Source: Blochmannia endosymbiont of Camponotus nipponensis (lineage in GTDB: Bacteria; Pseudomonadota; Gammaproteobacteria; Enterobacterales; Enterobacteriaceae). Taken from it: a stretch of DNA of 32,000 bases. The stretch lies in NCBI RefSeq assembly GCF_009827135.1, contig NZ_CP046534.1, positions 30,001 to 62,000 of the forward strand, read 5' to 3'. Shown here piece by piece: positions 9,486 to 18,312 of the stretch (positions within the stretch are counted from its first letter, which is position 1; the number at the start of each line of letters is the position of its first letter). Made by a program: the position numbers and the translations under genes. The notes under the pieces were generated by a model. That model did not search any database. It had not been told where the DNA came from and saw nothing but the letters and a program-made list of their open reading frames with translations.

Positions 9486-10880
9486 TTACCTACGTTTCCA
9501 TCTTGTTATTCCTGTGGACCCATCTTCTAATGTTATCCCCATGACGGCTAATCTTTCTCGTATTCTATCGGCTAATTTCCATTGATTGTTTTTACGTGCA
9601 TTTTCACGGCATTGAATCAATTTTTGAATTTTTTTATTAGTATAATAATTTTTATTATTTTTTGATGTTATTTGTTGTAAAAATATTTCTGGATTTTGAT
9701 GTAATAATCCAATAGTATTCGCCAAATATCTTAAGGTAGCAGCGATACCTTGAGTCAGAGAATGACGTTTTATTTTGAAGTCATTCAATCTATGTGCCAT
9801 ATCAAATAGCACCGAATATGCTTCCGGAGTATTGAAATCATCATTCATTTTAGAAATAAATTTTGATATAAAATATTCTCCTCCATTAGGTTTTACTGTA
9901 GGATTAGTATCTCGTAAAGCGACATAAAGCCGCTTTAAAGACGCATGCGCTTTCTTAAGATTATCATCATTATATTTTAATTGACTGCGATAGTGCGCAG
10001 ACATTAAAAAATATCTTACTGTTTCAGGATCATAATATTTTAAAATATCACGTATAGTAACAAAATTATTTAATGACTTTGACATTTTTTCGTGATTTAA
10101 TAACAGCATACCAGAATGCATCCATATATTTGCATAAGAAGTATCATAAGCACAAACAGATTGAGCAATTTCATTATCATGATGTGGAAAAATTAAATCC
10201 GAACCTCCACCATGAATATCTAATTGATTACCAAAAATAGAATAAATCATGGCAGAACATTCAATGTGCCATCCTGGCCTACCTGCACCCCATGGAGATG
10301 ACCAAAAGGGTTCACCTGGCTTAGAGGTTTTCCAGAGCACAAAATCCATAGAGTTTCGTTTGATATTTGATGTTTTTAAGATATTATGCATTTCATTTAT
10401 TTCTTTTTTATTAGATAATACACCATAATTACACATAGTTTTCACAGAAAACATAACATCCCCATTGGGAGCGGTGTATGCATGGTTTTTAGCCATAAGT
10501 AAATAAATAAATTTAATGATTATATTAATATGATCAGTTACTTTTGGTTCATAATTTGGACGCAATACATTTAAAGCATCTAAGTCTAGATACATTTCTT
10601 GAATCATACGATGCGTCAACTGTTGAATAGTTTCGTTATTTTCATAAGCTCTTTTTATGATTTTATCGTCTATATCTGTAATATTACGAGCATAATCAAC
10701 TTGATACCCACAGTAACGTAAATAACGAACAATACTATCAAATACTACAAATGTTCTAGCGTGACCAATATGGCACAAATCATAAACAGTAACGCCGCAA
10801 ACATATATTTTAATTTTACCAGAAACAATAGGTGTAAATGTTTCTTTTTTTCTTGTTAAGGTATTAAAAATTTTAAGCAT
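9486..10880 (-). CDS. cysS: Cysteinyl-tRNA synthetase
   Basis: 464 aa. HIGH motif (HIGHAR), KMSKS motif, [11 protein letters not shown]-terminus and WHIECSAM zinc/cysteine site block. Confidence 0.95.
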   Translation of the reverse strand: MLKIFNTLTRKKETFTPIVSGKIKIYVCGVTVYDLCHIGHARTFVVFDSIVRYLRYCGYQVDYARNITDIDDKIIKRAYENNETIQQLTHRMIQEMYLDLDALNVLRPNYEPKVTDHINIIIKFIYLLMAKNHAYTAPNGDVMFSVKTMCNYGVLSNKKEINEMHNILKTSNIKRNSMDFVLWKTSKPGEPFWSSPWGAGRPGWHIECSAMIYSIFGNQLDIHGGGSDLIFPHHDNEIAQSVCAYDTSYANIWMHSGMLLLNHEKMSKSLNNFVTIRDILKYYDPETVRYFLMSAHYRSQLKYNDDNLKKAHASLKRLYVALRDTNPTVKPNGGEYFISKFISKMNDDFNTPEAYSVLFDMAHRLNDFKIKRHSLTQGIAATLRYLANTIGLLHQNPEIFLQQITSKNNKNYYTNKKIQKLIQCRENARKNNQWKLADRIRERLAVMGITLEDGSTGITRWKRR

Positions 10881-11271
10881 TTTAATTTATTTTACTACAA
10901 ACATATTTATTCAATATTTATTATATAAATACTTCTTCATTTATAGATTCCTAAAATAAAAATTACATACTATCTCAATGAATTTAATAATTAAGAATCA
11001 TTATCTTTATATGAAAATACGATTATATTATGCTAATCATTAATATATGACAATATATATATTACATAAAAAACATAATGGTGATCATGTCAAAACATAT
11101 AGTATGATTGATATATCAACTAAATGTACATATCGGGACATTTATTTTATAAATATAGATAATGTGTAATAAAATTTATTTTTAATAAAAAATTTTTACT
11201 CAATTATTAAATTTTAATTGGAAGTTTTTCTGTAAAATATTATAATATATAAACGATTATTATTTTATTTA

Positions 11272-12024
11272 ATGTGTTATATGTCTATTTTATTTATTTC
11301 AGATGTTCATTTATGTATGCAATCTCCAAACATTACTGATGGATTTTTACATTTTTTAAATTATCACGTAATACATGCCAAAGCTTTATATATTTTAGGG
11401 GACTTATTCGAAACTTGGTTAGGAGACGATGAATATAATCCATTACACATTAATATTGCTAACGCTTTAAAAAAATTAAATCAAAAAAAAATTTCGTGTT
11501 ATTTTATTCATGGTAATCATGATTTTTTGTTAGGAAAAGAATATGCCAATGCTTGTGGAATGACATTATTATCTGCGAAAAAAGTGTTACAATTAGCATC
11601 AGGAAAAAAAATAGTCATTTTACATGGAGATACTTTATGTACCAACGATAATTCATATCAATTATTCAGAAGATATCTGCATCATACTGTAGTTCAACGG
11701 TTATTTTTATCGTTACCATTATCTATGCGTTCACGTATATTCAACAATGTACGTTCATATTGTATACGAAATCACAAATATAAATCAAAAAAAAAAATAG
11801 ATATTAATTTAAAAATGGCTACAGATATATTAGTGCAGAATCGCGCTCATATTATGATTCATGGACATACTCACCAACCAATAATTCATAATATTTTTCA
11901 ATCCAAAAAAGATATTTTTAATATAATGGTATTAGGATGTTGGAAGAAATGCGGTTCAATGATAGAAATAAACGAAGAAAGCAACAATATAAAATTTACA
12001 GAATTTCCATTACATAAAACATAA
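11272..12024 (+). CDS. lpxH: UDP-2,3-diacylglucosamine pyrophosphatase LpxH
   Basis: Calcineurin-like metallophosphoesterase motifs (FISDVHL, GDLFE.W.GDD, HGN.DFL, HGDTLCT.D, HGHTH). The ATG at 11281 (MSILFISDVHLC) aligns better with the E. coli N-terminus than the ORF-track ATG at 11272. Confidence 0.92.
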   Translation: MCYMSILFISDVHLCMQSPNITDGFLHFLNYHVIHAKALYILGDLFETWLGDDEYNPLHINIANALKKLNQKKISCYFIHGNHDFLLGKEYANACGMTLLSAKKVLQLASGKKIVILHGDTLCTNDNSYQLFRRYLHHTVVQRLFLSLPLSMRSRIFNNVRSYCIRNHKYKSKKKIDINLKMATDILVQNRAHIMIHGHTHQPIIHNIFQSKKDIFNIMVLGCWKKCGSMIEINEESNNIKFTEFPLHKT

Positions 12025-12058
12025 AATTATTAAATTCTACCTTTTAAAATAATTTCTT

Positions 12059-12091
12059 TATATCTTTATATATATTAAATATAAAGATATA
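12059..12091 (+). terminator. AT-rich 13-bp hairpin downstream of lpxH
   Basis: tatatctttatat / atataaagatata with a 7-nt loop, 35 nt after the lpxH stop. There is only one G:C pair and no clean T-run, so it is weak. Confidence 0.3.
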
Positions 12092-12524
12092 TGTAATAAA
12101 AAATACAACATTATTTTTTTAATATAATATTGAAAACAAAATTAAAATCCATAATTACATTATTTCTAGTATATTCATGATATATGAGAATTTTATGTAA
12201 ATACCGTGTATTATGATCATTTAATATATTGAATAAAAAAATCTTTTAGCGTCTACCTTATTTAAAGAATAAAACAAAAAAATCAATATAGTTTTAAGAT
12301 AAAAATAATTTCGCGTTGCTATGTTCCATAGTTAAAACAAAGATTATATTAAAAAATCTTAATATAAATCATGCTTTACAAACTTTTAAATACATTTGAT
12401 TATGCTGAATATATATATTATGTTATTTTTACTATTTATTAATATCACAATTGCAACAAAGTTATTAACACTACATGTTTGAATAATTAACATTAAGAAC
12501 AATTCATATATATAAATTAGGATA

Positions 12525-12580
12525 GAATTTTTATAAAGAAAGATGATAATTATAATTATCATCTTTCTTTATAAAAATTC
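12525..12580. repeat. Perfect 56-bp palindrome between convergent lpxH and adk
   Basis: gaatttttataaagaaagatgataatta|taattatcatctttctttataaaaattc. All 28 positions pair (checked one by one) and symmetry breaks immediately outside. Confidence 0.9.
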
Positions 12581-12691
12581 GAACACAACATACTTCAGCA
12601 ATATAAGAACTAATATTTGATATTGTAAGCTTATATAATATAAAAATAACTATATGAATGTATATATCACTATTATGTATATTTAGATCAA

Positions 12692-13393
12692 TTAAAATAT
12701 AATAAAAATTATTATAATTAGTATTCTTAAATCAAGAATACTAATTAATTCTTTATAAATTTCTAAAATTTTACGATTTCCATCAACAGAAAAATATTGC
12801 ACTTTTTTATCTTTCGATTCTTTTCTATAGTAATCTAGCACTGGTTGAGTATGCTGATAATAGTTATGTAATCGTTTAAGTATAGCTTCTTCATTATCGT
12901 CTTTTCGAGTAGTTAACGCTTCTCCAGTAATATCATCTAACCCATCATTTTTAGGTGGATTAAATTTAATATGGTAATTTCTACCAGAACTTACATGCAC
13001 TCGTCTACCTATAATACGATCAACAATTACAGAATTTGATACAACAAATTCTATGATGTAATTTATAAAAATTTCATATTTTTTCATAGATTCTGCTTGT
13101 AGAAGTGTTCTAGGAAATCCATCTAATAAAAATCCATTATAACAATCATTTTTTCTAATACGTATATTCATTAATTGCATCATAAATTCATCATTTACTA
13201 AATCACCAGAATGCATAACATCTATCATACTTTTATTAATTGAATAGAAATTATATAGACTTCCACTTAAAACTTGACGCAACATTACACCTGTAGAAAT
13301 ATTTGGGATGTTATATTTACTTGCTATAAGATGAGCTTGTGTTCCTTTACCAGATCCAGGAGGACCTAGAAATATAATACGTATCACATTCAA
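12692..13393 (-). CDS. adk: Adenylate kinase with a 12-aa hydrophobic C-terminal extension
   Basis: P-loop GPPGSGKGTQ, LID segment GRRVH..SGR.YH.KFNPP and TTRKDD. The GTG at 13387 (M-IRIIFLG) matches the E. coli MRIILLG better than the TTG at 13393. Confidence 0.93.
   Translation of the reverse strand: MNVIRIIFLGPPGSGKGTQAHLIASKYNIPNISTGVMLRQVLSGSLYNFYSINKSMIDVMHSGDLVNDEFMMQLMNIRIRKNDCYNGFLLDGFPRTLLQAESMKKYEIFINYIIEFVVSNSVIVDRIIGRRVHVSSGRNYHIKFNPPKNDGLDDITGEALTTRKDDNEEAILKRLHNYYQHTQPVLDYYRKESKDKKVQYFSVDGNRKILEIYKELISILDLRILIIIIFIIF
12720..12742 (-). terminator. Terminator-like hairpin embedded in the last codons of adk
   Basis: Minus strand AGTATTCTT-GATTT-AAGAATACT (9-bp stem), followed by AATTATAATAATTTTTATTATATTTTAA. 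It lies where the ancestral adk stop is expected. Confidence 0.4.
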
Positions 13394-13715
13394 TTCTCAA
13401 TAAAATTATAAAAAAGCAATAAAAAATATTTATGACATATCGAATCATTACTATATTCAGATACAGATAGCATGTTTATTCCAGTATATACTCATAAAAT
13501 TTTAAATCCATATTAATCTTTTTCAGAAATTTTCTTTATACCCTAATTAAAACATAAAATATAATATTATATTTTATTAACTGATTACTTTACTCTGTAG
13601 AAATAACATTCCTATAATATCCTTTATATTAAAAATATATATATAAACATGTTATTATTTTTTATTTTATAAATGTCAAGTAATACGGTTATTTAATAAA
13701 GAATAGTAGTAATTT

Positions 13716-13748
13716 TTTATCAAGCTAATTATCAATTAGCTTGATAAA
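13716..13748. repeat. 33-bp near-perfect palindrome (15-bp arms, 3-nt centre) in the dnaX-adk spacer
   Basis: tttatcaagctaatt-atc-aattagcttgataaa. A T-run precedes it on the plus strand and no U-run follows it on either transcript, so it is not a canonical terminator. Confidence 0.8.
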
Positions 13749-14011
13749 CTGGTTATCGAATATATTCAACACCTATTAGTCAAATACATCTTCTCTTTAA
13801 CGTATTTTAAACTTAATTTGTGAAGATTAAATTTACAAAATAGTAACTAAATGGATATAAAATTACATCAAATAATTAAATAAATAACGAAATTATCAAT
13901 TTCATTGCAAGTATATAATCAAATGTTAACTAACATACATATTTAATATAGATGTTACTAATATATAGTATATTTATTTAGTTAATTTCTACATAATTTC
14001 AATTTTAATTA

Positions 14012-16075
14012 TTACAATATTTGAATATCATTTCCATCTATTTCAGCATCAAACAAATCTTTAATCATTTTGATATATGGATCATTTGAAAATTCCTGCT
14101 TCACTGATAACATTTTTTCTTTATATAACATGTAAAGATATTCCATTGGTGTCTTTATTCCATAATTATCATCATTCTTTATATATAATTTTATTAGTAT
14201 ACCTATACTATTGCTTAGTGATTCTTGTATTATATCATGTAATGTTGTAGAGTTTAAATATTGATAATTAGACCGAAGATGTAAACATATTTCGTTTGAA
14301 GATACTTTTTCCTTCCATGCATTTATGACCAATTTTTTTGCTGGTTTTGATAATGATAATCGATATATTTGTGATAACCATGCATCATTTCTTATTGCCT
14401 TCTGAAGTATTTCTTTGATGAAATCAGGCATATTTTGATGATTTTTATGAAAATCTTGCATATCATCGTCATATTTATTAGATTCTAAATACCCTGACAA
14501 ATCTTTTCCAACTTTATTATCAACATAATTAAAACTATCTTTCAACGTTGTTGTTTTAATATTGACAAATCGCTTTAATATACTTGTCATCGTGTTTTGA
14601 GATTCTGAAATTAAATTTGATTTTTTTTCTGTTATATTTAATGGACTACGTTCTTTATATCGTAATAACTTTGAACGAGCTTTCAATATTTTAGAAGTAG
14701 TATTTGTAGTATCAACGTTGGTTCCCAACATTAAAATTTTTGTTTTATTATCATCTGAATATAATTCAGATTTTTTTAACTCCAAATTCAGTATATTATT
14801 CATTTTTTTTGATTTTTCTGTATTCGATATATTATGTTCTTGATGAGGATGTGTTGATTGAAAAACATCAGCAACAATATGTTGTTGTGAATCATTTAAA
14901 TCAAACGTAAGATTATTATCTGAACATGCAAATTCTGAAGAGACACTATCTTCTCCATTATCATGATGTTTATTGATTATATTTGTGTCAGGACAGAAAG
15001 CTAATGCTCGTAACATGATCATTTCTATGCCTATGCGATGACTCGGAACATAAGGTAATTCTCGACGACCTAATAGAAATATTTGATAATATAATTGTAT
15101 ATTTTCTGGAGTAATACGCTTACTTAATGTACGTATACGCTGATTTATTATATTGTTATCTTCTTTTTTTAAGGAATTTAATAAAAATTGACCGATAGCT
15201 ATTTTTTGAAAAATAATAATAATTTCACTTAAAACATAATCCCAATTAATTCCCAAAACAGCTAAATTTTCAATTTGACGCATGATACTGTGCCCATCTC
15301 CATCAATTAATTTTTCAATTAAACATAATGGATACTCAATATTTGATATACCAAACATATTATTTATAACATCATTAGTTATATCATTATTACCTAAAAC
15401 AATAGCTTGTTCTGACAAACTCAAGGCATCACGCATACTTCCTTTTGACGCATAAGCCAATGATTCCAATGCAGAAGATTCTATTTTTATATTTTCTTTA
15501 TTAAAAATATGCGTGAGTTGAGTTATAATTTGAGAAATATTTAAAGGTTTTAGGTAAAACTGTAAACATCGAGATAATATAGTTTCTGGTAATTTTTGAT
15601 GTTCAGTAGTAATTAAAATAAACTTAACATGTGCAGGTGGTTCCTCTAATGTCTTTAATAAAGCATTAAAACTATGACGTGATAACATATGCACTTCATC
15701 TATGATATATACCTTGAAACGCCCTGTAGAGGGCATATATTGCACATTATCTAAAAATTCCCTGGTATCCTCTACTTTAGTACGCGATGCTGCATCTATT
15801 TCAATAAGATCTATAAAACAACCTGAATCAATATCTTGACAGCTATTACACTGCCCACATATAGTAGATGTTATACCTTTTTCACAATTTAATCCTTTTA
15901 CGAATAAACGAGCAATAGTAGTTTTTCCTACACCCCTCATACCAGTTAAAAGATAAGCATGATGAATTTTATTTAATGAGAAACTATGTGTAATTGCTTG
16001 GATAACATGTTTTTGTCCTATAATATCGGAAAACTTTTTCGGACGCCACTTACGGGCAAGTACTTGATAATTCAT
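14012..16075 (-). CDS. dnaX: DNA polymerase III tau (and possibly gamma) subunit
   Basis: The ATG at 16075 gives MNYQVLARKWRP, matching E. coli MSYQVLARKWRP; the ORF-track TTG at 16096 adds 7 unlikely residues. Walker A GVGKTT, zinc module CGQCNSC, DEVHMLS, and the tau C-terminal block AWLSQ...INAWKE....ICLHLRS. The central linker is N/K-rich and diverged. Confidence 0.94.
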   Translation of the reverse strand: MNYQVLARKWRPKKFSDIIGQKHVIQAITHSFSLNKIHHAYLLTGMRGVGKTTIARLFVKGLNCEKGITSTICGQCNSCQDIDSGCFIDLIEIDAASRTKVEDTREFLDNVQYMPSTGRFKVYIIDEVHMLSRHSFNALLKTLEEPPAHVKFILITTEHQKLPETILSRCLQFYLKPLNISQIITQLTHIFNKENIKIESSALESLAYASKGSMRDALSLSEQAIVLGNNDITNDVINNMFGISNIEYPLCLIEKLIDGDGHSIMRQIENLAVLGINWDYVLSEIIIIFQKIAIGQFLLNSLKKEDNNIINQRIRTLSKRITPENIQLYYQIFLLGRRELPYVPSHRIGIEMIMLRALAFCPDTNIINKHHDNGEDSVSSEFACSDNNLTFDLNDSQQHIVADVFQSTHPHQEHNISNTEKSKKMNNILNLELKKSELYSDDNKTKILMLGTNVDTTNTTSKILKARSKLLRYKERSPLNITEKKSNLISESQNTMTSILKRFVNIKTTTLKDSFNYVDNKVGKDLSGYLESNKYDDDMQDFHKNHQNMPDFIKEILQKAIRNDAWLSQIYRLSLSKPAKKLVINAWKEKVSSNEICLHLRSNYQYLNSTTLHDIIQESLSNSIGILIKLYIKNDDNYGIKTPMEYLYMLYKEKMLSVKQEFSNDPYIKMIKDLFDAEIDGNDIQIL

Positions 16076-16143
16076 AAAATATAACTCAAATAGCAATTAT
16101 TATAAACAAAGAACTAAACTTCATTAGTTAAATAAGTATATTT

Positions 16144-16698
16144 TTAATAATCAGAAAACATTATTAAACTATAAGAACTTACTCCTATAGTTTTTAATAA
16201 TGTTTTACCGCCTAAATTTTCTAAGTCTATTATAAATCCAGCATGCTTTACTTCTCCTCCTAAACGTCTGATTAATTTTACCACTGCCGCAATTGTTCCA
16301 CCTGTTGCTAATAAATCATCTATAATTAAAACTTTATCACCTGGAATAATAGCATCGGTATGTATTTCTAAGCATCCGCTATCGTATTCTAAAATATATG
16401 GCTCACTAATAGTATCACGTGGCAATCTTCCCGATTTACGGGCTGGAACAAAACCTAATTTTAATATTAATGCTAATGGAGCGCTAAATAAAAATCCTCT
16501 CGCTTCTATACCAACTATTTTGGTTAATTTATAATTTCTATAACGACGAGCTAAAAGAGTAACGCTCGCAGAATATGCCTGATGATTTTTTAACAATGCA
16601 GTAATATCGCGAAATAAAATCCCTTGTTTTGGATAGTTAGGTATAAATTTAATACTTTTCTTAATCAACTCTAACTGTTGATTCACAACATTTATCAT
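16144..16698 (-). CDS. apt: Adenine phosphoribosyltransferase
   Basis: PRPP-binding motif [13 protein letters not shown] and YPK.GILFRD. The ATG at 16698 ([17 protein letters not shown]) fits the E. coli N-terminus; the ORF-track TTG at 16722 is probably an over-extension. Confidence 0.93.
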   Translation of the reverse strand: MINVVNQQLELIKKSIKFIPNYPKQGILFRDITALLKNHQAYSASVTLLARRYRNYKLTKIVGIEARGFLFSAPLALILKLGFVPARKSGRLPRDTISEPYILEYDSGCLEIHTDAIIPGDKVLIIDDLLATGGTIAAVVKLIRRLGGEVKHAGFIIDLENLGGKTLLKTIGVSSYSLIMFSDY

Positions 16699-17645
16699 AT
16701 TTTTCCAAAATATAAATAACAATTTAATGTAACTTATATATAAATAGACTCTTGCACTAAATTACAAAAAAATCAATTTTTATGAATAAAAATACTATAT
16801 ATACTTACAAGCTCTAAGATTATTTTAGAAATATTTTTATTTTTTAAATATATTATTTTCCTGTCAATTATCAAATTTATATATTTATCCCATTCCATTA
16901 CGAAATCATTAAATAATCTAATATCATAAATAATTACATTATTATACATTAATACAATAAAAAAATACAATATATATAAAATTATATATATTTAATAAAA
17001 ATTTAAGTGTTTATTTTAATCCATATTAGAATCACTAGTTTTAATTAATATATATAATCTATTTATTATATATAATAACTTAAATGATTCTATCTTTTCT
17101 CTATAATTACATATTTATAGTAATATAAATCGGTGTTATATATTTTAATCAAATAAAGGGATATAATAATCTTATTAAATATAAACATTCATCAAAAAAT
17201 TATAATTTTCATTAAATAAAATATATTTTTAATATCCAACACCATATTTAAATAATTAAATAAACGCAAAAACATTTATTTATATTAATAAAGAATATAT
17301 GTTCTAAAAATTAAAAAATCTATAGAACTTAAAAAGTTCTTAATTTTTTTACTAAAAACAATAAAATATTGAATGCTCAATATATCTAATAATATTTAGA
17401 ACTATAATTATAAAATATATTTTTTATAAAAATATAACATTACTCTTTACGACAATTTTTAGAGTCTTTAAATGTTATTATGGCGTTATATTACGTGATA
17501 AGCGCTTATATTAAATTAATATTACAACACTATACAAATAGATATCGTTGTGTAAAGATATCTATTTCAAAACAATTCTAAAATTGTGTTGTATCTGTTG
17601 TCATATATATATAGTATCCAATTAAATAAACACATTACTTCTATC

Positions 17646-17747
17646 GGGATGCTATATAAAAAATCATTGTAATTCTTTACTACAGCTGCTTCTTTCCAGA
17701 CCTGACTGATTTAAAAAAAATTACTAAAAATCATTTAATAGCACCCC
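17646..17747 (-). ncRNA. ffs: 4.5S RNA / SRP RNA
   Basis: The minus strand contains AUCAGUCAGGUCUGGAAAGAAGCAGCUG. This matches the universally conserved SRP domain IV of E. coli 4.5S (CAGGUCAGGUCCGGAAGGAAGCAGC), including the GGAA tetraloop, with a compensatory C:G to U:A change at the closing pair. The 5' GGGGUGCUAU pairs with the 3' AUAGCAUCCC to close a roughly 102-nt hairpin. The position between lon and apt is the same as in E. coli. Confidence 0.82.
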
Positions 17748-17755
17748 TTTTAAGA

Positions 17756-17783
17756 ATTATCCAGATTATTTTAAACTTTTCAA
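17756..17783 (-). promoter_or_regulatory. Sigma70-type promoter for ffs
   Basis: Minus strand TTGAAA-N16-GATAAT, with the -10 ending 8 nt before the first G of the RNA. Confidence 0.5.
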
Positions 17784-18312
17784 GTAATAATTAAATATTT
17801 AAATATTATTAATATTATCTTCTCTTTATTTTAAAATAAAAAATTTAAGTATTTTAAAAACTTTTTATTAATTACATTCCATAATAATTATCAATATAAA
17901 TATATTTTTATATAATATATTTTTTCCTGCTGTTATTTCCGTTACCAATATAAAAGTAAAAACAATAATTTTAGTTATGAAATTATACAATTCTACACCC
18001 ATTTTACGCATTCTAGATAATTATTGTGTAAAATAAATTTCAAAGCAAGAAAATATGACATATATATAAATACAATAACATTCATAAAAATCCAATTTTT
18101 GTTAATAAAACTAATTAATTCTCTAATACTCGGTAACTAAATCAATGTAACATATAAATTTTTCAAATTATTTTTTTATAAAAAAATGCTTTATTTAGTC
18201 AAATTAATGTACTATATATTTTATATGTCCAAAAATATACTTGGATACATAACACAAAAACATACATTTACCCTTTATATTTATATAAATATTCGCCCAA
18301 GTATTAAAGACA

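Noticed and set aside
12467-12480. A 14-nt exact match AACACTACATGTTT shared by the lpxH-adk spacer (12467-12480) and the lon-pmbA spacer (21057-21070)
   Set aside because: A rough composition-based estimate suggests that several 14-mer matches are expected by chance in 32 kb of DNA this AT-rich. The flanks do not extend the match.
17536-17567. 11-bp hairpin aaatagatatc/gatatctattt about 80 nt downstream of ffs, and weaker hairpins after mreD (25801-25827), pmbA (22053-22070) and accC (31424-31445)
   Set aside because: They are short, AT-only or nearly so, lack U-runs, and are of a size expected by chance in this composition. They may be terminators, but sequence alone does not support the call.
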